This document shows positions 1 to 8,721 of a DNA stretch of 64,000 nt, piece by piece (the stretch's first letter is position 1; every line of letters begins with the position of its first letter). The notes beneath the pieces are model-generated. The model ran no database searches. It saw only the letters and a program-made list of their open reading frames with translations, and was not told the origin of the DNA. Position numbers and translations under genes: made by a program. Origin of the DNA: Acidimicrobiia bacterium (GTDB lineage: Bacteria; Acidobacteriota; Vicinamibacteria; Vicinamibacterales; UBA2999); the NCBI GenBank assembly GCA_038144855.1, contig JAYQOO010000001.1, positions 2,237 to 66,236 on the forward strand. The letters are read 5' to 3'.

Positions 1-895
1 CCCACACCTGCATCGGCTGCTGCATGCCCTCGCGATGCGTGCCCGTGTGGATCGCCAGACCGGTGCGGTAGTTCACGCCGAAGCCAATCACCGGCCAGCC
101 GTAGTTCACCATCGGCTTGATCAGGTTCAGCTCGTCGCCGCCCTGCGGACCGTGCTCGTCGGCCCACACCTCACCCGTTTCTGGATGGATCGCGATTCCC
201 TGCACGTTGCGGTGACCGTAGCTGAAGATCTCCGGCTTGGCGCCGGCGGTCTTCACAAACGGATTGTCCGCGGGCACGCGGCCGTCGTCATGCAGGCGAA
301 TCAATTTGCCGTGGTGGTTGCTCAGGTCCTGCGCGGGATGCGCTTCGAGCTTGCCCTCGGGCGGCACCTGGCGATCGCCAAGCGTCAGGTAGAGGAAACC
401 TCTGTTGTCGAAGGCGATCTTGCCGCCGAAGTGGCCGAGGCCCTTCGATTCCGACTGGAACAGCTGCTCGACGTTGGTGAGGCGATCGTTCTCGAACCGG
501 CCACGAATCAAGGCCGTCGTCGCGGGCACGACGTCTTTCGGCGTAGCCGGTTCGCCGACCTTCTTCGAATAGGTGAGATACAGCAGCTTGTTGGTCGCAA
601 AGTTGGGGTGCACTGCGACCTCGAGCAAACCGCCCTGGCCGCTGTGCACGACAGCCGGCACGCCTTCAACGGCGTTCGGTAACAGCTTGCCGTTGCGCAC
701 GATGCGCAACCGGCCGGGCCGCTCGGTGATCAGCGTGTCGCCACCGGGCAGGAACGCAATCGACCAAGGTTGGACAAGCGCCTCGGCATACGGCACGACA
801 CGGTAGTCGTGCTGCGCGGAACGGAGTGGGGACTGACCAAGGAGCTGCGCTCCGCCAATCAGGGTCAGGGCAACAATCGCAAGGGTTCTAGCCAT
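1..895 (-). CDS. PQQ-dependent sugar dehydrogenase (GSDH/YliI family), 3' end outside window
   Basis: Not in ORF track; hand translation from ATG 895: [70 protein letters not shown]. Confidence 0.9.
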   Translation of the reverse strand, partial: MARTLAIVALTLIGGAQLLGQSPLRSAQHDYRVVPYAEALVQPWSIAFLPGGDTLITERPGRLRIVRNGKLLPNAVEGVPAVVHSGQGGLLEVAVHPNFATNKLLYLTYSKKVGEPATPKDVVPATTALIRGRFENDRLTNVEQLFQSESKGLGHFGGKIAFDNRGFLYLTLGDRQVPPEGKLEAHPAQDLSNHHGKLIRLHDDGRVPADNPFVKTAGAKPEIFSYGHRNVQGIAIHPETGEVWADEHGPQGGDELNLIKPMVNYGWPVIGFGVNYRTGLAIHTGTHREGMQQPMQVW

Positions 896-919
896 CGCTA
901 CACTATAATCCCGCCCGCC

Positions 920-2476
920 ATGGCGTATCGCAGTCCCTACCCGGACATCACGGTCCCGACCATCAACCTGACGGAACAGGTCTTCGGCAACGCGTCCAAC
1001 TGGCCTGATGCCATTGCAATGGCCGACGGCCTGACTGGCAGGACGATCACCTACGGCTCGTTGCTCGAGCAGATCAGGCGCACCGCCGCTGGTCTTGCCG
1101 CGCGCGGCATCAAGAAGGGCGACGTCGTGTCGCTCTGGTCACCCAACGTGCCGGAGTGGCCGGTGGTGTTCTTCGGGGTGATCAGGCTCGGGGCGATCGT
1201 GCACACCTCGAATCCCGTCAGCACACCAGACGAGCTGGCCTATCAACTCACCGACGGCGGGGTGAAGATCCTGTTCACCGTTGGCGCGCTGGCCGACAAA
1301 GCGAAGCAGGCCATCGCGGAATCCGGGCGCGCCATCGAACTCTTCACCATCGACGACACACCCGGGCTGCCGTCGCTGGCCTCACTGGCCATCGACGCCG
1401 ATCCGCCGGCTGTGACGATTGATCCGGCCAACGACCTGTGCGTGCTGCCGTATTCGTCGGGCACCACGGGCATGCCGAAAGGCGTGATGCTGACGCATCG
1501 CAACCTGGTGGCGCAGCTCACTCAGATCGATTCAATTGAAAGCGTCGCCACGCCGGCGCTGCTTGGCGTGCTGCCGTTCTTCCACATCTACGGCATGGTG
1601 ATTCTCGTGATGCACGGGTTGATGCGGCGATCAACCATCGTCACGATGCCCAAGTTCGAGTTCGAGCCGTTCCTCAAGGTGCTGCAGGACTGGCCCATAG
1701 TCACCGCGCACATCGTGCCGCCAATCGTCGTCGGACTTGGCAAGCACCCAGCGGTCGACAACTACAAGTTTCCACACTTGAAGTTCCTGTTCTCCGGCGC
1801 TGCTCCGCTCGGACCCGAGCTGACGGACGCCGTCGAGAAGCGGCTCAACGTCAAGATCAGGCAGGGATACGGCATGACCGAGGCGAGTCCGGCCACGCAT
1901 TACACCGTGGCGGGAACGGAGCGCTCGGGTACGGCCGGCCGCCTCATGCCCAGCATCGAGATGCGCATGATCAGCCCGGAGACGGGCGAGGACGTGCCGA
2001 GCGGAACACCGGGTGAAGTGTGGGTGCGCGGGCCCAACGTGATGAAGGGCTACCTGAACAACCCGGATGCGACGGCAAAGACCGTTGACGCCGACGGCTG
2101 GCTGCACACCGGAGACATTGGCATCGCCGACGATGAGGGATATCTCACCGTCGTCGATCGGTTGAAGGAGCTGATCAAGGTCAAAGGTTTCCAGGTTGCG
2201 CCGGCAGAACTCGAGTCGGTGCTGCTCAAGCATCCGAAGATCGCCGACGTCGCCGTGATCCCGGTGCCGGACGAGCACAGCGGCGAAGTCCCCAAAGCCA
2301 TCGTCGTCATGCGCGACACGCTGACGGCCGAGGACGTGATCGAGTTCCTGAAGCCAAAGGTGGCGCACTACAAGTGCGTCAAGCACGTCGCGTTCGTCGA
2401 CGCGATTCCAAAATCGCCGTCCGGCAAGATCCTGCGACGTCTCCTCGTCGACAAGGAGCGGGCGGCACGGAGCTGA
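920..2476 (+). CDS. 4-coumarate--CoA ligase-like acyl-CoA synthetase (AMP-binding)
   Basis: YSSGTTGMPKGV, QGYGMTE, GEVWVRG, GWLHTGD, KSPSGKILRR; ATG 920 chosen because longer ORF overlaps divergent gene. Confidence 0.88.
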   Translation: MAYRSPYPDITVPTINLTEQVFGNASNWPDAIAMADGLTGRTITYGSLLEQIRRTAAGLAARGIKKGDVVSLWSPNVPEWPVVFFGVIRLGAIVHTSNPVSTPDELAYQLTDGGVKILFTVGALADKAKQAIAESGRAIELFTIDDTPGLPSLASLAIDADPPAVTIDPANDLCVLPYSSGTTGMPKGVMLTHRNLVAQLTQIDSIESVATPALLGVLPFFHIYGMVILVMHGLMRRSTIVTMPKFEFEPFLKVLQDWPIVTAHIVPPIVVGLGKHPAVDNYKFPHLKFLFSGAAPLGPELTDAVEKRLNVKIRQGYGMTEASPATHYTVAGTERSGTAGRLMPSIEMRMISPETGEDVPSGTPGEVWVRGPNVMKGYLNNPDATAKTVDADGWLHTGDIGIADDEGYLTVVDRLKELIKVKGFQVAPAELESVLLKHPKIADVAVIPVPDEHSGEVPKAIVVMRDTLTAEDVIEFLKPKVAHYKCVKHVAFVDAIPKSPSGKILRRLLVDKERAARS

Positions 2477-2479
2477 ACC

Positions 2480-3019
2480 ATGTCTGTGTTCAGTAACACT
2501 TCGAACGATGCGCCGGAGCTGCGCGCGCAGTATGCCAGGGCCGTGCTTGGGCTCGTGGCCGATCGGAATCCGGTCGACATCCTGCGCGACACCCCAGGAG
2601 CCGTGGCACGGGCCGTAGCCACGCTGACGCCGCAGCAACTGAAGACGCCGGAGGCCGCCGGCAAGTGGTCGATCGCCAGCGTGCTGCGCCATCTTGCGGA
2701 CACCGACGTCGTGTGGGGATGGCGGATGCGGTTGATCCTCGCGCAGGATCGGCCGCCGATCACCGGGTTCGACCAGGACTTGTGGGCTGAGCGGCTTGAC
2801 TATGCCAACGCCGATCCGAATGAGTCACTCGAGACATTCGCGGTATTGCGTCGAGACAATCTGCGCTTGATCGAGCGCGCCACCGACGAAGATCTTCAGC
2901 GGGTCGGCGTCCACACCGAGCGAGGCGAAGAGAGCGCCGGCTACATGGTCCGCCTCTACGCCGGCCACGACCTCGCGCACCTCTCACAAATCGAACGAAT
3001 TACGCGATCGATCGGTTGA
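2480..3019 (+). CDS. DinB/YfiT family protein
   Basis: GKWSIASVLRHLADTD, RVGVH, AGHDLAHL. Confidence 0.85.
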   Translation: MSVFSNTSNDAPELRAQYARAVLGLVADRNPVDILRDTPGAVARAVATLTPQQLKTPEAAGKWSIASVLRHLADTDVVWGWRMRLILAQDRPPITGFDQDLWAERLDYANADPNESLETFAVLRRDNLRLIERATDEDLQRVGVHTERGEESAGYMVRLYAGHDLAHLSQIERITRSIG

Positions 3020-3047
3020 GCGGCTTGCACGTAGACTGGGTGGGCCG

Positions 3048-4784
3048 ATGCATGAATACGACCTGATTGTCACGCTTACAGCCGGGTTCGGCGCGGCCTT
3101 GTTCCTCGGCTACATCACCCAGCGCCTTGGGCTGTCGCCGATCGTCGGGTACCTCCTGGCCGGAACGCTGCTTGGTCCCAACACGCCAGGCCTGACCGTC
3201 GACGCCGCTATTGCCGAGCAGCTCGCTGAAATCGGCGTCATTCTGCTGATGTTCGGCGTCGGGCTGCAGTTTCATCTCGACGAACTACTGGCCGTTCGCG
3301 GCATCGCGGTCCCCGGTGCACTCGTGCAATGCGCGGTGTCGACACTGCTCGGCGTGTGGCTGGCCCACGCGGTTGGGTGGAGCTGGGCGTCCGGCACCAT
3401 CTTCGGGATCGCGCTGGCGGTTGCCAGTACGGTCGTGGTGATCCGCGTACTCTCGGATCACAATTTCCTTCACACTCCAGGCGGCCACATCGCGGTCGGA
3501 TGGCTGGTGGTCGAAGACGTGTTCTCGGTCCTGGCCATCGTGATGCTGCCCGCCCTGTTCGGCGGATCGGAGTCCGGCCAGCCACTCTGGATCACCCTCG
3601 CATTCACGATCCTCAAGGTCTCCGGCTTGATCGCGTTCACCGGATTTGTCGGCGCGCGCGTCATTCCGTGGGTGCTCGATCACGTCGCGATGACCAAGTC
3701 CCGCGAGTTGTTCACGCTCACCGTGCTGGCCATCGCCCTTGGCATTGCCGTCGGGTCGGCGTTTGTCTTCGGGGTGTCGATGGCGCTTGGCGCCTTCCTC
3801 GCAGGGATGATCGTCGGCCGTTCCGACTACAGCATGCGCGCCGCATCGGACGCGCTGCCCATGCGCGATGCGTTTGCGGTCCTGTTCTTCGTATCGGTTG
3901 GCTTGTTGCTCGACCCGGCGTCGCTGCTCGACTCGCCGCTGTTGTTCGCCGGCACCCTGGCCATTGTCCTGATCGGCAGCCCGGTTGCGACGTTCGTCTT
4001 CATGTGGGCGGTGCGTCAGCCGCTGCGGGAGTCTTTGACGGTCGCGGTCTCGCTCGCGCAGATCGGTGAGTTCTCGTTCATCCTGTCCACGCTGGGGCGC
4101 GATCTTGGGCTCTTCACGATGGAGGCGACCAACACCATTGTCGCGGCGTCGATCGTGTCGATCGTGGTGAATCCCGTCCTGTATCGCACGATCGAGCCGA
4201 TCCTCGCCTGGGTGAACGGCGTTCCGGCGTTGCGCGGATTCCTGGACCGATCAGCGCCGATCGACGGCGGCGAGATCTCGCGGGAAATGCGTGCCGCCAG
4301 GAAGATACATCGCGCCGTCTTGATCGGGTTTGGTCCCACCGGGAAGACCGTCGCACGCCTGCTGAAAGAAGCGGGCATCGAACCAACCATCGTCGAGCTG
4401 AATATCGAAACGGTCCGCGCGATTCGCGACTCCGGGTGCGACGCCGTCTACGGCGATGCCACGCGTCCGGAAACGCTGATTGAAGCCGGGATCTCGAATG
4501 CCGACAACCTGATCCTCACGTCAGCGGGCATGGCCAATAGCACGGAGGTCATCCGCGCCGCGCGCGAAGCCAATCCGAAGATTCGCGTACTGGCTCGCGC
4601 CGCCTACCTGCGTGACCTGGCCGGCATCCGCCAGGCCGGAGCCGACACCGTCTACACAGGAGAAGGCGAAGTGGCGCTCGCGTTTGTCGAAGACCTGCTC
4701 GCCCGGCTCGGCGCCACGGCCGAGCAGATCGACCGCGAACGCTCCCGGGCTCATTCGGAACTGTTCGGCGAGCACGCCGGCTAA
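3048..4784 (+). CDS. CPA2 cation:proton antiporter with C-terminal TrkA-N (YbaL/RosB-like)
   Basis: IVGYLLAG, AEIGVILLMFGVGL, GWLVVED, RDAFAVLFF, LAQIGEFSF; GFGPTG Rossmann motif. Confidence 0.9.
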   Translation: MHEYDLIVTLTAGFGAALFLGYITQRLGLSPIVGYLLAGTLLGPNTPGLTVDAAIAEQLAEIGVILLMFGVGLQFHLDELLAVRGIAVPGALVQCAVSTLLGVWLAHAVGWSWASGTIFGIALAVASTVVVIRVLSDHNFLHTPGGHIAVGWLVVEDVFSVLAIVMLPALFGGSESGQPLWITLAFTILKVSGLIAFTGFVGARVIPWVLDHVAMTKSRELFTLTVLAIALGIAVGSAFVFGVSMALGAFLAGMIVGRSDYSMRAASDALPMRDAFAVLFFVSVGLLLDPASLLDSPLLFAGTLAIVLIGSPVATFVFMWAVRQPLRESLTVAVSLAQIGEFSFILSTLGRDLGLFTMEATNTIVAASIVSIVVNPVLYRTIEPILAWVNGVPALRGFLDRSAPIDGGEISREMRAARKIHRAVLIGFGPTGKTVARLLKEAGIEPTIVELNIETVRAIRDSGCDAVYGDATRPETLIEAGISNADNLILTSAGMANSTEVIRAAREANPKIRVLARAAYLRDLAGIRQAGADTVYTGEGEVALAFVEDLLARLGATAEQIDRERSRAHSELFGEHAG

Positions 4785-4812
4785 ATAGCCTGCTGGCAAC
4801 AGGTTACGCAGC

Positions 4813-4839
4813 TGTCGATTCCTCCGTCCGTCATTCGAC
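4813..4839 (+). promoter_or_regulatory. Putative ECF42-type promoter
   Basis: TGTCGA-N17-CGAC, followed by AGGAG RBS at 4848-4852. Confidence 0.45.
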
Positions 4840-4862
4840 GTGTAGACAGGAGACCAAACACG

Positions 4863-5100
4863 GTGGAATAAGGTGACTTCGAAGGACGGCACGGCGATCG
4901 CCGTCGATCGCATTGGCAGCGGCCCGGCGCTCATCCTTGTTGATGGAGCCATGTGCTCGCGCCGCTTCGGCCCGATGCCCGCACTCGCAAAGGAGCTGGC
5001 CCAACAGTTCACCGTCTACCACTACGACCGTCGTGGCAGGGGCGACAGCGGCAACGGCGCGTTGTTCGAGGTGCAGCGCGAGATCGATGATCTCGAGGCG
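4863..5100 (+). pseudogene. Alpha/beta hydrolase N-terminal fragment
   Basis: VTSKDGTAIA..GSGPALILVDGA..YDRRGRGDSG..REIDDLEA then homology stops before the nucleophile; RBS-spaced GTG 4863 is one base out of frame. Confidence 0.75.
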
Positions 5101-5413
5101 GGCGTTCATCGTCGCGCGACGGCGGAAGGAACTGGGTCTCCGGCTCGCTCTTGGTGCTGAACCCTCAGGCGTGCTGTGGATCGTGATGCGGGAAGTACTG
5201 ATCCTGCTGACGATCGGACTCGTCGTGGGCGTGCCTTCCGCGATCGGTCTTGGTCGCTATGTGTCGTCGCAGCTGTACGGCATCCAGGCGAACGATCCGT
5301 GGATGGCCGTCGCGACCGTGGTGCTGCTGGCGCTGGTGTCGGTGGCTGCCGGACTGATTCCCGCGAGGAGAGCGAGCCAGATCGATCCGATTCTTGCGCT
5401 TCGGTATGAGTAG
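5101..5413 (+). pseudogene. ADOP/FtsX-type ABC permease C-terminal fragment
   Basis: AFIVARRRKELGLRLALGAE..IPARRASQIDPILALRYE with no N-terminal ~700 aa. Confidence 0.8.
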
Positions 5414-5416
5414 CTA

Positions 5417-5815
5417 CTACTCGTAATACCTGTCGACCTTGAACGCGCGCGTGCCGACCTGTACGCCGTCGATCATCACGTCCACGCTGTAGTCGCCCGG
5501 CGGAAATCCACCGGAGTTCTGCAAATGGAACTCGGTGGACGCCGGGCCATCGAACGACACGGGCTTACTTGGCTCATCGATCAGGCGGGAGCCGTACTTC
5601 CATCGAACCGATATCGTGCCCTTGCCGGCGGCTTTCGTCTGCACCGACACGTAGACCGTCTCGTTCGGCTTGAACAGCGTCGTAATGCTGGCAATGCTGC
5701 GATCCTGGTTGAGCGACCGTCCGGTCTGGATGTTGGCCAGTTCCAGAGGACCGCTCGAACAGGCGACCGTGAGTGCGAGTGTGGCAGCCGCAGCGAGCGC
5801 ACGAATGGACGCCAT
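5417..5815 (-). CDS. Hypothetical lipoprotein, Ig-like fold
   Basis: Signal with lipobox TVAC; PGDYSVDV; start overlaps stop of upstream MBL gene. Confidence 0.7.
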   Translation of the reverse strand: MASIRALAAAATLALTVACSSGPLELANIQTGRSLNQDRSIASITTLFKPNETVYVSVQTKAAGKGTISVRWKYGSRLIDEPSKPVSFDGPASTEFHLQNSGGFPPGDYSVDVMIDGVQVGTRAFKVDRYYE

Positions 5816-6705
5816 TACTTCTTCTCCTCGGCGATGCGCGCTTCGAGTCCTTTCAGCGCGTTGGCTGCAAGCGCCTTGCAGCCGTGATCGACGAACGGGT
5901 CAGGCCCGGCGCCCTTCATCTCGGCCCGCTTTTTCAGCTTGCCATCGAGGTTTGTCGCCTGGGGATGCGTCGACACGACGATGTCACAGGGCATTTCGGC
6001 GAGGCGGGAAATGCTGCGCCGAAACAGGTTCACACGCTCGGGTTCGGCGGTGTACTTGAAGCCCGGTGCGACCGCGGCACTGACGCTGTCGGCGTAGACC
6101 ATGTCGTAGCACGTCTTGCCTTCGCACGACCGCCAGGTCCACGTAGTGCTGCCCGGCGTGTGGCCTGGCATGAACACCGCCGTGATCGCCAGGTTGCCCA
6201 CACGCAGCACCTCGTTGTCCTTGATGATCTTGACGTTCTTCACCGGCGGATACGCGTTTGCGGCCCGCCCGAAGCCGTACTGCGGATCGTCAGGGGTGTT
6301 CTCGCCGCGCTGTAACGCGCGGGCGCCGGCCGGGCTGGCGGCCACCGTCGCGCCGCTTGCGCGCTGCAGCGCCGCAATGCCGCCCGCGTGGTCGTAATGT
6401 CCGTGCGAATTGACGATCAACTTGACGTCCTCGGTCTTGAATCCCAGCTTGCGGATGTTGGCGTCGATCACTGCCGCCGATTGTTCGAGACCGCCGTCGA
6501 GCAGGATCAATCCGTTGTCGCCTAAGATCAGGATCGCTGAAAGCCCATCCGTGCCGACGTAATAGCTGTTACCGAACAGCTTGAACGGCTCTCGCGGCTT
6601 GTTCCACGCGTCGCAGTCATCGCACTTGTGCGGCGGATCGGACTTGAAGGTCGGCGTCTGGAGAAACGCAAGAAGCAGAATGAATGCGGCGGCAAACTGG
6701 CTCAC
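5815..6705 (-). CDS. bla: Subclass B3 metallo-beta-lactamase
   Basis: Signal peptide; WNKPREPFKLFGNSYYVGT; SHGHYDHAGG; PGHTPG; STHP. Confidence 0.85.
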   Translation of the reverse strand: MSQFAAAFILLLAFLQTPTFKSDPPHKCDDCDAWNKPREPFKLFGNSYYVGTDGLSAILILGDNGLILLDGGLEQSAAVIDANIRKLGFKTEDVKLIVNSHGHYDHAGGIAALQRASGATVAASPAGARALQRGENTPDDPQYGFGRAANAYPPVKNVKIIKDNEVLRVGNLAITAVFMPGHTPGSTTWTWRSCEGKTCYDMVYADSVSAAVAPGFKYTAEPERVNLFRRSISRLAEMPCDIVVSTHPQATNLDGKLKKRAEMKGAGPDPFVDHGCKALAANALKGLEARIAEEKK

Positions 6706-6715
6706 AATTCCTATT

Positions 6716-7630
6716 GTGCCCCAGTTCCGAATCGCCTATCGGCCGCCGTACGACTGGGACGCCATCATGTCGTTCCTGGCTGTTAGGGCAACGCCGGGAG
6801 TCGAGCAGGTCACCGGCGATCGATATCTGCGAACCATATCGATGCACGGCCGTTGCGGCAGGCTCACGGTCGAGCCACTGGCAGAGGAAGCAGCGCTCAG
6901 ACTAAACGTCGACGTCGACCTCGACAATTCGCTCGACCTCGAGGCCATCGTCGAGCGTGTCCGGTTGATGTTCGACGTCGACGCTGATCCAGTGGTCATC
7001 GGGCAGGCGCTTGGACGCGATCCGCTGCTGGGTGCGACCCTGACGGCACATCCGGGCATTCGGACGCCTGGAGCGTGGGACCCGTTTGAATTGTCGGTGC
7101 GCGCCATCCTCGGACAACAGGTCTCGGTTGCCGCAGCCACGACAATTGCCGGCAGGGTCGCAGGGCGGTGGGGCACACCGCTCGATGGCGAGCCGGCCTC
7201 GGTGCTGTTCCCCACTGCGGATCAACTGGCGGCCGCGCCTTTCGAAGAAGTCGGCATCATCCGAACACGCGCCGCCACGTTGCGTGCCCTGGCTGGCGCC
7301 GTGCGCGACGGCCGCGTTCGCTACGATGGCGCCAGCACGATCGACTCTTTGCGCGCGATTCCCGGCATCGGAGACTGGACCGCGCAATACATCGCCATGC
7401 GCGCGCTGAAGACCAGCGACGCGTTTCCGTCGGGCGACCTGGTGTTGCGCAAAATGGCCGGTGACTGCAGCGCTCGAGACCTCGATCGGCTCTCGGAACG
7501 CTGGCGGCCCTGGCGCGCCTACGCGGTCATGCTGCTTTGGCAGGCCGCTCGCGACCGTGATGCTGAGGCCAGGACCCGGCCTCCGGCCAAACGGACGCTG
7601 CGCCGAGCCGGTAAGTCGTTAGTAAGATAG
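6716..7630 (+). CDS. alkA: DNA-3-methyladenine glycosylase II (AlkA N-term + HhH-GPD, no Ada domain)
   Basis: YRPPYDW, DPFELSVRAILGQQVS, IPGIGDWTAQY, DAFPSGD, WRPWRAYA. Confidence 0.88.
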   Translation: MPQFRIAYRPPYDWDAIMSFLAVRATPGVEQVTGDRYLRTISMHGRCGRLTVEPLAEEAALRLNVDVDLDNSLDLEAIVERVRLMFDVDADPVVIGQALGRDPLLGATLTAHPGIRTPGAWDPFELSVRAILGQQVSVAAATTIAGRVAGRWGTPLDGEPASVLFPTADQLAAAPFEEVGIIRTRAATLRALAGAVRDGRVRYDGASTIDSLRAIPGIGDWTAQYIAMRALKTSDAFPSGDLVLRKMAGDCSARDLDRLSERWRPWRAYAVMLLWQAARDRDAEARTRPPAKRTLRRAGKSLVR

Positions 7631-7634
7631 CCAC

Positions 7635-8243
7635 GTGCGCGTGGCAATCGTCGGCGGTCCCGGCGTCGGCAAAAGTACCCTGGTTCGCCAGTTGGCCGAC
7701 CTCTATCACAACGGATCGTACGGCGAGGGCGAGAAGGGCGTGTGGGATCCGCGCGTGCTCGAAGACATCGCCAACGGCGTGAATGCGATTGGCGTCACGG
7801 AGTACTTCGCGCGCCTCTACGACGCCAATTACCGGGATGCAGCGCTGCACGACGGTCCGCGTCGGGTGATCTTTTTTGAGGGCTCCCGCCTGACGCTCGA
7901 AGCACACATGGCGGAGTATCCGCCCGAAGGTCACGCGGCGCTGCGCGACGTGTTGTCGATCGGCGATGCGTGGAATCCGGACACCACGATCGTGCTGACC
8001 TCGAGCACGGACACGATCGAAAAGCACATTCGTCAACGCAATCGCGATCACGAAGACGTCGAGAACATGGTGCGCCGCTTCCGCCTGATCGACGCGGAAT
8101 TCCGTCGCCTTGCGCCGTCGTACCCGAACACGATTCTGATCGACCGTGACAGCAAGGAGTTCCACGAACGGTCAGGCCTGCTGGAAATCATCCGCGTGGC
8201 CGGGCTCCCGATGTTCGAGGAAATCGCCTACTATAGACGTTGA
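7635..8243 (+). CDS. P-loop kinase, deoxynucleoside/NMP-kinase-like
   Basis: Walker A GGPGVGKST; PDTTIVL; lid-like HIRQRNRDHE. Confidence 0.65.
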   Translation: MRVAIVGGPGVGKSTLVRQLADLYHNGSYGEGEKGVWDPRVLEDIANGVNAIGVTEYFARLYDANYRDAALHDGPRRVIFFEGSRLTLEAHMAEYPPEGHAALRDVLSIGDAWNPDTTIVLTSSTDTIEKHIRQRNRDHEDVENMVRRFRLIDAEFRRLAPSYPNTILIDRDSKEFHERSGLLEIIRVAGLPMFEEIAYYRR

Positions 8244-8331
8244 CGCAATTGCCGATTACTACTGGGACCAGCGCCGTCGACGGCTGGTCGCTTCGGCCAC
8301 GTCTAACCATTCCCTGTTGAGGAATCCTCTT

Positions 8332-8691
8332 ATGCGTATTGCCGCGCTGTCCCTGGCCGCTCTTGTCACCGCCCTCTCGTCGCCGATCGTGGCGCAGCAG
8401 AGCAAGCTCGATTTCACGCTGCTGAATCGCACCGGCGTCGTTATCCAGGAGCTGTATGTCTCGCCCGACGAAGCAGACGACTGGGAGGAAGATGTGCTCG
8501 GACGCGATGTCTTGAAGCACAACGAATCGGTCGACATCACCTTTTCGCGCTCGGAAAAATCGTGCGACTGGGACCTGATGATCAAGGACGAAGGCGGCGA
8601 CGAAATCGAGTGGGACAGCTTGGATCTGTGCGCCGCGTCGCACATCACGCTGCTCTACCAGAACAACAAGCCGACGGCGATCATCAAGTAG
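8332..8691 (+). CDS. Hypothetical secreted protein
   Basis: GAGGA RBS; signal peptide; DFTLLNRTG..ELYVSP..WEEDVLG..CDWDL..LDLC. Confidence 0.75.
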   Translation: MRIAALSLAALVTALSSPIVAQQSKLDFTLLNRTGVVIQELYVSPDEADDWEEDVLGRDVLKHNESVDITFSRSEKSCDWDLMIKDEGGDEIEWDSLDLCAASHITLLYQNNKPTAIIK

Positions 8692-8721
8692 CGGCGAGAA
8701 GGCGGGTTTAGCACCCGCCGC

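Noticed and set aside
35-682. 215-aa plus-strand ORF
   Set aside because: Antisense shadow of the minus-strand PQQ dehydrogenase
770-919. N-terminal extensions in the ORF track (also 6581, 19935, 20830, 26034, 63988)
   Set aside because: Overlap neighbouring genes or promoter regions; internal starts fit signal peptides or -10/RBS positions better
920-3019. Secondary-metabolite cluster around the CoA ligase
   Set aside because: No PKS, NRPS, carrier protein or tailoring genes nearby
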